Source of the DNA: Candidatus Bathyarchaeia archaeon
GTDB taxonomy: Archaea; Thermoproteota; Bathyarchaeia; Bathyarchaeales; DTEX01
Assembly: GCA_038820405.1 (NCBI GenBank)
Contig: JAWAXL010000001.1
Coordinates: forward strand, 1,208-65,207
DNA: 64,000 bases
Direction: 5' to 3'
Both the position numbers and the translations under genes were made by a program. Positions 1-9,791 of this stretch are shown here, piece after piece (position 1 is the first letter of the stretch; each line of letters starts with the position of its first letter). The notes under the pieces are model-generated. The model did not search any database. It saw nothing but the letters and a program-made list of their open reading frames with translations, and had not been told where the DNA came from.

Positions 1-213
1 ACATGATTCAAGGATACCTAAACCTTGCCCACAATATTTTTCGGGAAAGTGTACTCCGATAAAGCCTAGCTGGGCAGCCTTCTTATGTAGATCTTCAGGC
101 CACTTATACTCTTGATCACACTTTCTTCCATATTCTGGTTTAAACTCTTTCTCAGCAAATTCACGCGCAGCCTTCTGAATTGCTTTCTGACTCTCAGTAA
201 ACTCAAAATACAA
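1..213 (-). CDS. acyl-CoA dehydrogenase, N-terminal 71 codons (rest of gene lies left of window)
   Basis: Minus-strand ORF open to the window edge and absent from the supplied track. TTG start at 213..211 follows GGAGGTG. Translation LYFEFTESQKAIQKAAREFAEKEFKPEYGRKCDQEYKWPEDLHKKAAQLGFIGVHFPEKYCGQGLGILESC looks like the conserved ACAD N-terminal helical domain. Confidence 0.6.
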   Translation of the reverse strand, partial: MYFEFTESQKAIQKAAREFAEKEFKPEYGRKCDQEYKWPEDLHKKAAQLGFIGVHFPEKYCGQGLGILESC

Positions 214-588
214 AGGGTAACACCTCCTTCAGATCTTCAAACAATACTTATTAGTTTCAAACTATTTATAATTTTAAAATTTTATATTTTGATCTTACGT
301 TTTAATGGAGCATAAGTTAAATATATTATATTGTGAAAAGAGACCGAGAAAAATATGCTTTAATGACTATCCCAGCTTAAATGGCTCAATTAAACAGGCG
401 GAATAAGGAAAAATAGAAAATTCTGGTGAATAAATAAGGCATTAGTTAAGCTGATGCTTTGGTATTAGAATAGAGGACGCTTACGAAGTAGGGAGGAAAG
501 ATGAATATCGCCACATGACCTAGATTACAAACACTAACAAGGACCAAAAACATAAGTCTTAAAGAAAAATCTTTATAGTTATTAGTTT

Positions 589-604
589 TATACTAATTAG
601 TATA
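589..604. promoter_or_regulatory. perfect 16-bp palindrome TATACTAATTAGTATA upstream of DUF35-thiolase pair
   Basis: Self-complementary by direct reading. It sits immediately 5' of a GGGGG SD-like run and the TTG613/GTG619 starts. It could be a TATA-like element and/or a dimeric regulator site. Confidence 0.35.
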
Positions 605-612
605 GGGGGTTA

Positions 613-1035
613 TTGAAAGTGAAAACTCAAGTACCCGTTGTTGAAGGTTTGTTTACTTGGCCATCAGATGACCCGAGGCTAATCGGGTCTAGATGCCCCG
701 TCTGCGGCTCATATCAATTTCCTAAATCAAAAGTTTGTAACAATCCAGACTGCGACCATTCCCAGCCAACTGAAGAAGTACTGCTTAGTAAAGAGGGAAC
801 CTTATATTCATTCACAATTCACTATTATGATCTGAGGGAGCCCTTACAGTATCATAAAGCTCCCTATGCTATAGGTGCGGTAGAGATTCCGGAGGGATTA
901 ATTATTATAGGGAGATTGACTGAGACTGATCCGGCGAAGCTTAAGATTGGAATGAAAATGAGATTTAAAGTAGATAAGCTCTATGAGGATGGAGATAAAG
1001 TTTATTTGACCTACTTTTTTGAGCCTGTTCCCTGA
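613..1035 (+). CDS. DUF35 family OB-fold/Zn-ribbon protein (thiolase partner, BbsA-like)
   Basis: 140-aa ORF with Zn ribbon CPVCGSYQFP..CNNPDC followed by an OB-like C-terminus. A 9-nt gap separates it from the thiolase-like gene. GTG619 is an alternative start with better SD spacing. Confidence 0.75.
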   Translation: MKVKTQVPVVEGLFTWPSDDPRLIGSRCPVCGSYQFPKSKVCNNPDCDHSQPTEEVLLSKEGTLYSFTIHYYDLREPLQYHKAPYAIGAVEIPEGLIIIGRLTETDPAKLKIGMKMRFKVDKLYEDGDKVYLTYFFEPVP

Positions 1036-1044
1036 GGTGGTAGT

Positions 1045-2268
1045 ATGACCCAAACAGCAATAATATCCGGGGCTCTATCTCCGTGGGACAGAGCCGGGAA
1101 TCCTAGACCAATGGCAGAAGATTTAGCTATAATTGCCATAGAAGCACTTAGAAAAGCTGGGATGAGACCCGCAGATATAGATGCAATTGTCTGCACCACT
1201 AGCGCTATACCATTTGACTCTCCATCCTATATCACTTTAAGCGCTCAGCTCATGGCTCAAAGACTAGCAGAAAAAATGGGATCTCATGGAGCTCAATGTT
1301 TCAACGTTAGCGGCGCATGCGCATCCGGTGCAATGGCCTTCACTATTGGCAATTATCTAATAAAATCCGGAAGTGCCAAAAATGTGCTAGTTGCAGGAAT
1401 CGATAACTCTCCACCAGGATTCTTCTTCCAATGCCCCTCTGTACTAGATACAGATTTGGCCTCATGCTACCCTCATAAAGTGATCGGAGCTACAAACCCG
1501 ACTTATTGGGCAATGTGGGCCCACAGACGCGCATATGAAATGGGAAAGTCCATAGAAGAAATTAAACACTTAATGGCACTTGTAAAACATTATCATAGCT
1601 TATATGGAGTTCTGAATCCATATGCAAGATTTAGAAGAGTATTTACTGTGGAAGAAGTGCTAGCTTCCCCAATTGTTTGTGATCCCCTTCACCTTTATAT
1701 GATCGGTGCTGTTAGTTCGGGGGCTGGAGCAATAATACTCACAGACTTAGAAAGTGCAAAGAAATACACAAATAAGCCCGTCGTGGTTGCAGCTTCGGCG
1801 GTAGGGGGACCAGTATATGGAGATTCAAAACTGCGATTGATATTTTTCGCATTCACTAAAAAACATCCTCCATTCACCGAGATGAAGATAACTGTACAAC
1901 GAGCATATAAAGAAGCTGGCATCACTCAGGAAGACGTTGAGATCATGGAGGTGCATGACACAAGTGTCTTTAATACGCTGTTATGGATTGACGTTACTAT
2001 GGATTGGGAAAGAGAAGAGACGGACAAACTAGTTAAAGATGGGCAAATCAAACATGACGGCAAACTCCCAGTTAACCTAAGTGGTGGAACAGCATCCTTT
2101 GGCGAATCAGTACAGAACCAAATATTAGTAGAGCTTTATGAAATATTCTTACAACTTAGAGGTGAAGCGGGAGAAAGACAAGCTAAAAAGAACCTTAAGA
2201 TAGGACTAGCTACCGCCTATGGATTGTTAGGATCCTATGGTGCTGTAGTGCTGGAAAAAGCATGGTAA
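1045..2268 (+). CDS. thiolase-fold protein, SCP-x / lipid-transfer-protein type acyl-CoA thiolase
   Basis: 407 aa. Nucleophile context NVSGACASGAMAF, and C-terminal VHDTSV and SGGTASFGES motifs typical of thiolase-like enzymes that pair with DUF35. Confidence 0.8.
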   Translation: MTQTAIISGALSPWDRAGNPRPMAEDLAIIAIEALRKAGMRPADIDAIVCTTSAIPFDSPSYITLSAQLMAQRLAEKMGSHGAQCFNVSGACASGAMAFTIGNYLIKSGSAKNVLVAGIDNSPPGFFFQCPSVLDTDLASCYPHKVIGATNPTYWAMWAHRRAYEMGKSIEEIKHLMALVKHYHSLYGVLNPYARFRRVFTVEEVLASPIVCDPLHLYMIGAVSSGAGAIILTDLESAKKYTNKPVVVAASAVGGPVYGDSKLRLIFFAFTKKHPPFTEMKITVQRAYKEAGITQEDVEIMEVHDTSVFNTLLWIDVTMDWEREETDKLVKDGQIKHDGKLPVNLSGGTASFGESVQNQILVELYEIFLQLRGEAGERQAKKNLKIGLATAYGLLGSYGAVVLEKAW

Positions 2269-2278
2269 AAATTAAACC

Positions 2279-2289
2279 TTTTATTTTTT
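2279..2289 (+). terminator. oligo-T tract after thiolase gene
   Basis: TTTTATTTTTT begins about 11 nt after the stop codon. Archaeal terminators are oligo-T runs. Confidence 0.35.
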
Positions 2290-2743
2290 AATTCTAATCA
2301 AAATTAGATAGGAATTTGTAGAGCAGCATCTTAGAAATAATTTGCCTTTCAAACAATTTTTCATAAACATTTATTAATTTTATAAAATGCTGATCCATAA
2401 ACATAAGGTCTACTGGCAAGTATATCCTGCGTATTAGCCACATTTGAAGTCTGTTTATAAATATTAATGTAAAATTTACATGTGATCTATTCAATTATCA
2501 TCAAACCTTTCATTCCCTTCATAATATTTGCTGTCTACTCCTCATGCGGAAGTGAATTTGACACCCTTACTGAATCTGCTGTTTACAGCAAGAGTTAACC
2601 CTTGTTGCTTAAATCTTTAAACTCTAATAAAGTTTCTTTATATGAGAAAATTGAAACATAATGAGTGTACGTTACATTAAGCTGATAAAGCATAGAATTT
2701 TTGCTAAGGAAATGTATTTTCTCCATAAGTTATATAAGTCAAA

Positions 2744-2771
2744 TCCTCCTAATATTATAATATTAGGAGGA
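2744..2771. promoter_or_regulatory. perfect 28-bp palindrome TCCTCCTAATATTATAATATTAGGAGGA overlapping the SD of the flavoprotein operon
   Basis: Verified base by base as self-complementary. It lies between a TATA-like GTTATATAAG (2729-2738) and ATG 2786. Its 3' arm is the only GGAGG ribosome-binding sequence for that ATG. Confidence 0.6.
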
Positions 2772-2785
2772 AAGGAGTAAGTTTT

Positions 2786-4171
2786 ATGAGTCTGAATTTG
2801 CCTGAAAAATGGGATTATGAGGCGGACATAGTAGTAATTGGTGCAGGAACTGCGGGATTACCTGCAGCGATAGAGGCAAGAAAACGTAACAACGAGGTCA
2901 TTATTCTAGAAAAAGCAAAAGAAGGCGAATGGAGGAGCAGCCTATCAGTAATAGTGGGACTGATAAACTTTGCAGGAACTAAATATCAAAAGGAAAAGGG
3001 AATTGTGGATTCGCCAGCCAAATATGCTGAAGATGGAGTTAAATATTGTGGAGGCGATCCTGCTTTTTGGAAGGTCTTCACAGACAACCATCTAGATACT
3101 TTAGAGTTTATTGAAAGAGAATTAGGATTAAAGCCAAGAGGCATCGGAGCCTGTCCAGGACATAGCGCGCCCAGAGGACACTACTTTCATGGACCTGAAG
3201 TTCTCAGAAGACTTGAAGAAAAAGCTAAAGAAGTAGGTATCAATATAATGTGGGGCACTCCTGCGAAGAGACTGTATAGAGACCCTGTCACTGGGAGAGT
3301 TATTGGGGTAATAGCTGAGAAAGAAGGAAAGCTTTTGAATATACGAGCACGAAAAGCAGTAATCATTTGTACAGGAGGATTCGGGCGAAACGATGAATTG
3401 ATTAAGGAGTATGGACCGGATTATCTTCTTAAGGCATTGAGGCTCATGCCACCAACTCATACGGGTGACGGACTCATAATGGCTATGAGCATAGGAGCAG
3501 CAACAAGAGATATAAAACATGCGCCTAAACCCTCATTACCAACATGTATACACAAGCATATCGATACCTTCGTATACTATTTTGGGGGCATATTGGTAAA
3601 TAAAGATGGAAAAAGATTTATCTCAGAAGATCTATGGTATGGCTTTCTCTCAGAGGCAGGTATTAATCAGCCCGGTGGTGTTTACTTCATAATATATGAC
3701 GATGCAATTAGGGAGAAAGTGAGAAAGGAATATCCTATGTTTCTTAGGCACTATGAGTATAAAGCAAACACTATTGAAGAATTAGCTAAGATGATGGAGA
3801 TAGATCCTAAGGGCCTTAAAGCCACTATTGAGAAATATAACAAAGACATAGAGACTGTAGGGTATGACACTGTCTTCAATAGGAGAACGCTTGATGGTGT
3901 TGTCGGGCCCTTAGTAAAAATAGAGAAACCACCATTCTATGGTATGAAGGCTACAGTCTCTATGACGTCTTTCAAGGGAGGTATAAGAATTAACACTAAA
4001 GGTCAAGTCTTAGATTGGAACAATAATCCCATACCAGGACTTTATGCTGCTGGCGAGTGCACAGGAGGCTTCTTCAGTGCCGGAAAGTATCTTGGAGGAA
4101 CCATGACTAGCATGTCAATGACAATGGGTCGCGTAGCTGCTATCTTTGCGTCCCAAGAGTCATGCAGGTGA
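2786..4171 (+). CDS. FAD-dependent oxidoreductase (FAD_binding_2; fumarate reductase / 3-ketosteroid dehydrogenase-like flavoprotein)
   Basis: 461 aa. N-terminal dinucleotide fold DIVVIGAGTAGLPAAIEA and C-terminal GLYAAGECTGG motif typical of soluble fumarate-reductase-like flavoproteins. Confidence 0.8.
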   Translation: MSLNLPEKWDYEADIVVIGAGTAGLPAAIEARKRNNEVIILEKAKEGEWRSSLSVIVGLINFAGTKYQKEKGIVDSPAKYAEDGVKYCGGDPAFWKVFTDNHLDTLEFIERELGLKPRGIGACPGHSAPRGHYFHGPEVLRRLEEKAKEVGINIMWGTPAKRLYRDPVTGRVIGVIAEKEGKLLNIRARKAVIICTGGFGRNDELIKEYGPDYLLKALRLMPPTHTGDGLIMAMSIGAATRDIKHAPKPSLPTCIHKHIDTFVYYFGGILVNKDGKRFISEDLWYGFLSEAGINQPGGVYFIIYDDAIREKVRKEYPMFLRHYEYKANTIEELAKMMEIDPKGLKATIEKYNKDIETVGYDTVFNRRTLDGVVGPLVKIEKPPFYGMKATVSMTSFKGGIRINTKGQVLDWNNNPIPGLYAAGECTGGFFSAGKYLGGTMTSMSMTMGRVAAIFASQESCR

Positions 4172-4175
4172 GAGA

Positions 4176-4406
4176 ATGCCAAAAATTGTAGTCTATAAAA
4201 CATGTACTGGATGCGGAGCATGCATAGAAAAGTGCGGCACAGCAAATCTTATCTTAGATAAGAAGACGAAGTTAATAAAACCTGATAAAGGCATTGTTTC
4301 CACTAGAGAATTTGATGATAGAATTGAATACGATGTTCCTGGTTGTGCGGCATGCAGGTACTGTGAGATATTCTGCCCGGTTGGGGCCATCGCGATAGAG
4401 ATTTAA
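4176..4406 (+). CDS. 2x[4Fe-4S] ferredoxin
   Basis: Two CxxCxxCxxxC(P) motifs (CTGCGACIEKC, CAACRYCEIFCP). ATG 4176 lies 5 nt after the flavoprotein stop. The track ORF starts earlier at 4146, inside the upstream gene. Confidence 0.75.
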   Translation: MPKIVVYKTCTGCGACIEKCGTANLILDKKTKLIKPDKGIVSTREFDDRIEYDVPGCAACRYCEIFCPVGAIAIEI

Positions 4407-4419
4407 GATGTAATTAGAG

Positions 4420-5658
4420 GTGGTGGAGATGGTCTATGGAAGGTCTCTCTCAGACATCGGCATGGCAGTAGACGTTGAGAGACTAAGGAGAGAGAGAATA
4501 GAAAAAGCTAAGAACTCTGCCAAAAAATTTAATCTAGAATGCCTACTTTGTTTCCGCCCAGAAAACATAAGGTATCTGACAATAGGTCCTCATTACGCCT
4601 TTTATCGTTACGTCTTCTTTCCAATAAAAGACCAACCCACTCTCTTCGATGCTGGAATGACTGAATGGGCCTATAGAATAAGCTTTAGATGGCTTAAAAC
4701 TAAACACTCAATACCAATGCCGGAAGGTCTTATATTTAACGAGCAAGCATATAATCGCCAAATTGAAAAATTCGTTCAGCAAATAAAAGCTGAGTTAAAA
4801 GAGTATAGTCTCTCCAAGGAACCAATAGGAATAGACGTGTATCACCCTGCGATAATCCGAGCGATGGAAAAGGAGGGTATAAATCTTTCGACGAATGGAG
4901 CTAAAGTGATGGTTGATGCTAGAAAAACAAAGACTAAAGATGAAATTGAATTGCTAAGAATTGCTCATAGTATTGTTGAGGGATGTTTTGAGGAAGCGAA
5001 AATGGTCATAAAGCCAGGTGTGACGGAAAGACAGGTGTGGGCTGCAATTGTGCGTAAAGCATTTGATTTAGGGGCTGAAGCGGTCTATGGAGGGTTAGTT
5101 TGCTCAGGCCCACATACATGGCCGAATGCGAATGTCATAACTGATAGGATAATAAGGCCGGGAGACATAGTGTTTATTGATATTTATGACTTATCCTATT
5201 TTGGGTATAGGACATGTTACTACCGTACATTTTGTTGCGGTAAGCCTACACAAAAGCAGGAAGAGGCATGGGCTAGGGTTAGAGACTGGTTGTGGGACTC
5301 TATAAAGATCATTAAGCCGGGAATTACTACTAAGGACATAGTTGAAAAGTGGCCTAAGGCTGAGGAATTTGGCTATCCTAGCGAGGAAGCATCTTGTCTT
5401 GCGCAATGGGGGCATGGTATTGGTTTAACTCTCTACGAGCCTCCTATGATCTCAAGAATATGGTCCTTAGACTATCCTGAAAAAATTGAGGAAGGAATGG
5501 TTATAGCTCTGGAAACGATAGGCCCAACTGGCGAAAAAACTCCAGAATATCCATATGGGCAAGGTGTTAGAATCGAGGAAGTTATTGCCATCACAGAATC
5601 TGGGTACGATCTACTAACTAGATGGCCAGTAGATAAAATTACTGCCTGCGAATTCTAA
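4420..5658 (+). CDS. M24-fold metallohydrolase (creatinase / Xaa-Pro dipeptidase-like)
   Basis: 412 aa. Pita-bread-fold ligand pattern is present (FIDIYD, GHGIGLTLYEPP, VIALETI, VRIEEV). ATG 4429 after GAGGTGG is the likelier start. Confidence 0.7.
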   Translation: MVEMVYGRSLSDIGMAVDVERLRRERIEKAKNSAKKFNLECLLCFRPENIRYLTIGPHYAFYRYVFFPIKDQPTLFDAGMTEWAYRISFRWLKTKHSIPMPEGLIFNEQAYNRQIEKFVQQIKAELKEYSLSKEPIGIDVYHPAIIRAMEKEGINLSTNGAKVMVDARKTKTKDEIELLRIAHSIVEGCFEEAKMVIKPGVTERQVWAAIVRKAFDLGAEAVYGGLVCSGPHTWPNANVITDRIIRPGDIVFIDIYDLSYFGYRTCYYRTFCCGKPTQKQEEAWARVRDWLWDSIKIIKPGITTKDIVEKWPKAEEFGYPSEEASCLAQWGHGIGLTLYEPPMISRIWSLDYPEKIEEGMVIALETIGPTGEKTPEYPYGQGVRIEEVIAITESGYDLLTRWPVDKITACEF

Positions 5659-5736
5659 AATGAAGTTTCAGTCTCCAATTTTTGGAGATAAATAAATAGG
5701 ACTCATGGAAATATTAAACATAGTGGAAAAATATAA

Positions 5737-7239
5737 GTGGTGGATATGATAGAAAAGACAGCCCTTATAACCATCTATAGTATTGTGATATTTGCAGCAA
5801 TATGCATTGGGTATGGTATTTATTTAGCGCGTAGACTGCGAGGTTCTTCTGACTTTCTGGCGGCGTCAAAGGCCTTACCGTGGTATGCTGTTGCTATGGG
5901 TGTTGCGCTCTCCCCTCTGGGCTCTGGGCATACTATAGGCATGTGGGAGACGGGTTATCTGGCAGGTTTAATGGCCGTTTGGTTCTCAATATGTTTTGGC
6001 GCCCTCTTTATGCCCTGGTGTTTCTATGGTTTAGGTTCTTGGATACGTAGGACGGGTGCCATCTCGATTCCAGAAACATTTCATTTGTTTTATGGACCGC
6101 TAGGACGTAAGCTGAGCATCTTACCAAACTGGGGATTCTCATTCTGCATAGCGGGTATTGAAATACTATGCATATCCTACGCTATATATGGGATAACAGG
6201 GCTACCACTAATTCCATGGTGCATTGTCATCTCCACCATACTCTCAATAATTTATGTCGAGTTCGCTGGACTCCGCCAATTAGGCTACTTAAACGTAATC
6301 TTCGCACTAATCATGTACATAGGAGCGTACCTAGGTCTTGCATGGCTAGGTGCATACGCGCTGCCATCCCAGCTAGGTATAACATGGGAGGGCATAACCC
6401 AAAGACTCACAGAAATGGGGCAAGCATTTAAACTAAACATGTTTGCCTCACCAGAAATCATATCGACAATAGCTATACCGATGGTGATATTTGCCCTATT
6501 TGGCTGTGGAAGTGTGCAAATGCCAATGCAAGCTGCCTTTGGTGCAAAGGATATAAAAGAAGTTAGAAAAGCATTACCCTCAGCGGCATTCGTAAACTCT
6601 CTCTCAACAATTCCCTGGGCGGCTATAGGGCTTATAACTGTTGTAACTGCGTTTGCAGCAGCTGGCCCCTCAATAGGACCTATCAACCTTATGGTAACCT
6701 TACTACCTGCGGAAATAGTTGCTGCGTTGCTAATATCCCTATTGGTCGCTAATATCTCCACATCGGCAGGACACATTCTAGCAACAACTATTGTTAGCAC
6801 TAACGATATCTATAAAGGATTCATTAATCCAAATGCGGATGAAAAGACGCAGCTAAGACTTTCTAGAATTCTAGTGATCATTTATAGTATTATCGGGGGC
6901 CTCATAGCCTACATGTTAGCGGCCGCCCAAGCCCTAATTATACCAAACTTGATGTGGACCTCTGCTCTGGCACTACCAGGATTCTTCCTAGCGCTTTATG
7001 GCTTTTGGTGGAAGAGGAGCAAAAAAGCTTTCACGCTTTCGTGGCTTATTATATGGATTGTTGTAACCGTATGGACCTTTATACCACGTAGCATACTCCT
7101 CCAATACGTGCCAGCATGGTTGGCGGAGCCACTTAACTTCTCAGCCATATTATCGTTCATAGTAGTCACCGCATTGACTGCAGCACTGCCCGGTGAGAAA
7201 GGATACTTCAAGAGTCAGGGGGTAGTAAAGAATGCTTGA
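5737..7239 (+). CDS. sodium:solute symporter (SSF) family transporter, paralog 1
   Basis: 500 aa and polytopic. After TM1 comes the SSF-typical basic loop RRLRGSSDFLAASKALPW. It is a paralog of 19021..20547 and 22243..23730. Confidence 0.7.
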   Translation: MVDMIEKTALITIYSIVIFAAICIGYGIYLARRLRGSSDFLAASKALPWYAVAMGVALSPLGSGHTIGMWETGYLAGLMAVWFSICFGALFMPWCFYGLGSWIRRTGAISIPETFHLFYGPLGRKLSILPNWGFSFCIAGIEILCISYAIYGITGLPLIPWCIVISTILSIIYVEFAGLRQLGYLNVIFALIMYIGAYLGLAWLGAYALPSQLGITWEGITQRLTEMGQAFKLNMFASPEIISTIAIPMVIFALFGCGSVQMPMQAAFGAKDIKEVRKALPSAAFVNSLSTIPWAAIGLITVVTAFAAAGPSIGPINLMVTLLPAEIVAALLISLLVANISTSAGHILATTIVSTNDIYKGFINPNADEKTQLRLSRILVIIYSIIGGLIAYMLAAAQALIIPNLMWTSALALPGFFLALYGFWWKRSKKAFTLSWLIIWIVVTVWTFIPRSILLQYVPAWLAEPLNFSAILSFIVVTALTAALPGEKGYFKSQGVVKNA

Positions 7240-7366
7240 TGCAATCTTATTCACGGCCGGATTCACCGCACTTATAACGCTGGTCGCAATCCTGATCACT
7301 GTTGGGCTTCATAGAGCATTAAGCAGGGAGAAGAGGGAGGGAGCGTCATGTCTCAAGAGTTCATAG
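7232..7366 (+). CDS. 44-aa single-TM micro-protein overlapping the symporter stop
   Basis: The ATG overlaps the SSF stop codon (AATGCTTGA). Product is MLDAILFTAGFTALITLVAILITVGLHRALSREKREG.., one TM plus a basic tail. It is the positional analog of 20554..20676 and 22120..22242. Not in the ORF track. Confidence 0.4.
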   Translation: MLDAILFTAGFTALITLVAILITVGLHRALSREKREGASCLKSS

Positions 7367-7458
7367 TGTATTGGGGTTATGCCCTAATTCTTGTGATAGG
7401 CTTCATCGCAGTCTATATTATCCTTACCATCTCCGAGAGACGGAAAAAGCGAAGTTGA
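7348..7458 (+). CDS. 36-aa single-TM micro-protein (E-[FW]..W family)
   Basis: MSQEFIVYWGYALILVIGFIAVYIILTISERRKKRS. It overlaps the preceding micro-ORF. It shares the N-terminal E-F/W-x3-W, TM and basic-tail layout with 20673..20795 and 23820..23936. Confidence 0.45.
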   Translation: MSQEFIVYWGYALILVIGFIAVYIILTISERRKKRS

Positions 7459-7682
7459 AAGTTTCCCGGAATAGACTTTGACTCAGCAACACCTGTTAAT
7501 ACTCACAGACATCTTTTTTTATCATATATATCAATTAGTTATCCATTTTTATATCCCGGTTCTTGGAGAAGTGTCAATTAGACAAGCAGTAAGTGTTCAA
7601 TATAGCGTGAAGTGTGTTAGACTACGCAAAAATTAAATAATTTTGCTGACAGTAAAGTTTGCAAAGCTTGAGTTTTAACTTT

Positions 7683-9608
7683 TTAAAGTATTTCTAGTGC
7701 GAGGTTAAAGGCTTCATGTATTGCATCCAAGGACTTTCTAGGCTTTACGCAATCTCCAACCATATAAACTTTTTCCCCAAACTCTTCTTTGAGTTTCTCA
7801 GCTAGAGTTTTGTTTGGTTTTGATCCTACGGCAAGAACTATACTATCAGCCTTAATGAACTCCTCTTTACCATCCCTTTCAACATACAATCCACCCTCCA
7901 CAATTCTCGTGACCTTTGCTTTCGTTAAAACCTTGACGTTATTCCTTCTAAGAAACATTATGTCGATCCATCTCGTTGTGATACCAACATCTTGAGCTAT
8001 TTTTTCAAGCATTTCAATGAGGGTTACCTTCTTCCCCCTCTCAACTAGGAATTCTGAGACCCAAACGCCAACGCCCCCACCACCAACAACAGCCACCTCA
8101 TCGCCCTTAACATTAATCTTTTCATCTAAAACATCCCAAGAAATAAGAACGTTCTCTCTATCTACTCCCTCTATGTTTGGAACAATTGGTTCTGCTCCTG
8201 TTGCAACGATGATTATATCAGGGTTATATTCCCTAGCGATGTCTACATCGGCTTCAGTATTAAGTCTAATGTCGACGCCAAGTTTTCTGAGCTGAGACTC
8301 GAAATAGTCAATTAATAGTTTAAATTCCTCATGTCCCGGAGGTTTAAGGGCAAGGTTTATTTGTCCTCCAAGCCTCCCGGTTTTCTCCAACAAAGTGACT
8401 TTATGACCTTTAACTCTAGCCATTAAAGCCGCTTCCATTCCAGCTGGCCCACCACCAATAACTAGAACATTTTTAGGTTTACTTGTCGGAGTGAACTTAA
8501 CTTCGCCCTCCCTGCCAACCGTGGGATTCACTAAACATGTAACATCTTTATCCATAAATATCCTGTCAAGGCAACCTTGATTGCATGCTATACACGGCCT
8601 GATATCCTCAATTCTACCTTCATATGCTTTTTTAGGAAATTCAGGGTCGGCTATTAGTGGTCTACATATGCGGATAAAATCAGCCTTTCCCTCTCGAAGA
8701 ATCTCTTCTGCAATTTCAGGCGTATTTACTCTTGTGCCAGCGATAACTGGTATACTTAAAATTTTCTTAATCTCATGTGATAAATATATGAACCCTGCCC
8801 GAGGAACATGGTAAGTTATTAAGGGTCTCGGAGATTCGTGCCAGCCCTCAAGTGTATCTATAGCATCCACGCCAGCCCTCTCCAAACATTTAGCAATAAC
8901 CTTTGTTTCTTCGACGGTGTTTCCACCTGGAATAAATTCATCAAGGGTGATCCTGCAAATTACTGGAAAATCCTTTCCAATCTCCTCTTTTATGAGCTCA
9001 ATAATTTCAAGCAGAAACCGCGTCCTATTCTCTATACTCCCACCATAATTATCCGTTCTCTTGTTTGTTAAAGGAGATAGAAATTCACTTATAAGATAGC
9101 CCCCAGCAGCCGAAATTTCTATCAGATCGAACCCGGCGTCCACTGCCCTTCTCGCGGCTTTAGCAAAATCAGCTTCCAGTATCTTAATTTCGTCGACACT
9201 TAATTCCCTTGGAGTCTCGCCTGTTAAACGCGAGGCTATTGGCGATGGAGCAACTGGTTGATCACCTATAATTGATGAGAGAGCATATCTACCAGCATGG
9301 AAAAGTTGTGCACCAACTTTTATGTCACCATAATTTTTGATGCTTCTCACCAATCTCCTCAAACCATCAATATATTTGTCATCATAAATTGCAATCATAC
9401 TATGTGAGATTATCCCAAGAGGGTGGACAGTGCATCCCCCTACAATTATTAGCCCTACCCCACCTTTGGCCCGTTCAACGTAAAAATTTATGAGTCTATC
9501 TGTCACAAAACCATTCTCCGCATAGCCAAGGTGTACTGCTGGCATAACAATTCTATTTCTAAGTTCAAGTTTTCCAATCTTACCTGGCTTAAAGAGGTTA
9601 TAAAACAA
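7683..9608 (-). CDS. enoate reductase / 2,4-dienoyl-CoA reductase family flavoenzyme (OYE TIM barrel + [4Fe-4S] + FAD/NAD(P) domain)
   Basis: 641 aa. OYE-like N-terminus (RIVMPAVHLGY, LFHAGR), Cys cluster CIACNQGCLD..C, and C-terminal GGGPAGMEAA and VVGGGGVG dinucleotide folds. TTG start follows GAGGGAAAGTGA. Confidence 0.85.
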   Translation of the reverse strand: MFYNLFKPGKIGKLELRNRIVMPAVHLGYAENGFVTDRLINFYVERAKGGVGLIIVGGCTVHPLGIISHSMIAIYDDKYIDGLRRLVRSIKNYGDIKVGAQLFHAGRYALSSIIGDQPVAPSPIASRLTGETPRELSVDEIKILEADFAKAARRAVDAGFDLIEISAAGGYLISEFLSPLTNKRTDNYGGSIENRTRFLLEIIELIKEEIGKDFPVICRITLDEFIPGGNTVEETKVIAKCLERAGVDAIDTLEGWHESPRPLITYHVPRAGFIYLSHEIKKILSIPVIAGTRVNTPEIAEEILREGKADFIRICRPLIADPEFPKKAYEGRIEDIRPCIACNQGCLDRIFMDKDVTCLVNPTVGREGEVKFTPTSKPKNVLVIGGGPAGMEAALMARVKGHKVTLLEKTGRLGGQINLALKPPGHEEFKLLIDYFESQLRKLGVDIRLNTEADVDIAREYNPDIIIVATGAEPIVPNIEGVDRENVLISWDVLDEKINVKGDEVAVVGGGGVGVWVSEFLVERGKKVTLIEMLEKIAQDVGITTRWIDIMFLRRNNVKVLTKAKVTRIVEGGLYVERDGKEEFIKADSIVLAVGSKPNKTLAEKLKEEFGEKVYMVGDCVKPRKSLDAIHEAFNLALEIL

Positions 9609-9791
9609 TCACTTTCCCTCGCAATCTAGTTAATTAGTAAAAAAAATCATCTTTAGCAAATTTAAAGTTTATCATCAGAAAATGATGGCAAATTTTATCA
9701 ATATATTTATTGAGTAAGATAGCGATAAAAGAATAGTTTTAGTGAAAATTATAAATAAATCTCTCTACAGTAGATTTTTTGGTGAAATGAA

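Noticed and set aside
112-315. 67-aa plus-strand ORF in the track
   Set aside because: It is antisense to the much better supported acyl-CoA dehydrogenase N-terminus (1-213, minus). Its sequence is low-complexity and Leu/Phe/Ile-rich.
2294-2494. 66-aa minus-strand ORF in the 500-bp AT-rich spacer
   Set aside because: It has AT-driven composition, no SD, and no recognisable motif. It is treated as intergenic.
6168-6800. Track ORFs 6168..6431(+) and 6285..6800(-) inside the first symporter gene
   Set aside because: These are alternative-frame and antisense ORFs within a coherent 500-aa membrane protein gene, and their composition is not protein-like. The same reasoning applies to 19410..19676, 19932..20378, 22256..22444 and 22358..22825.
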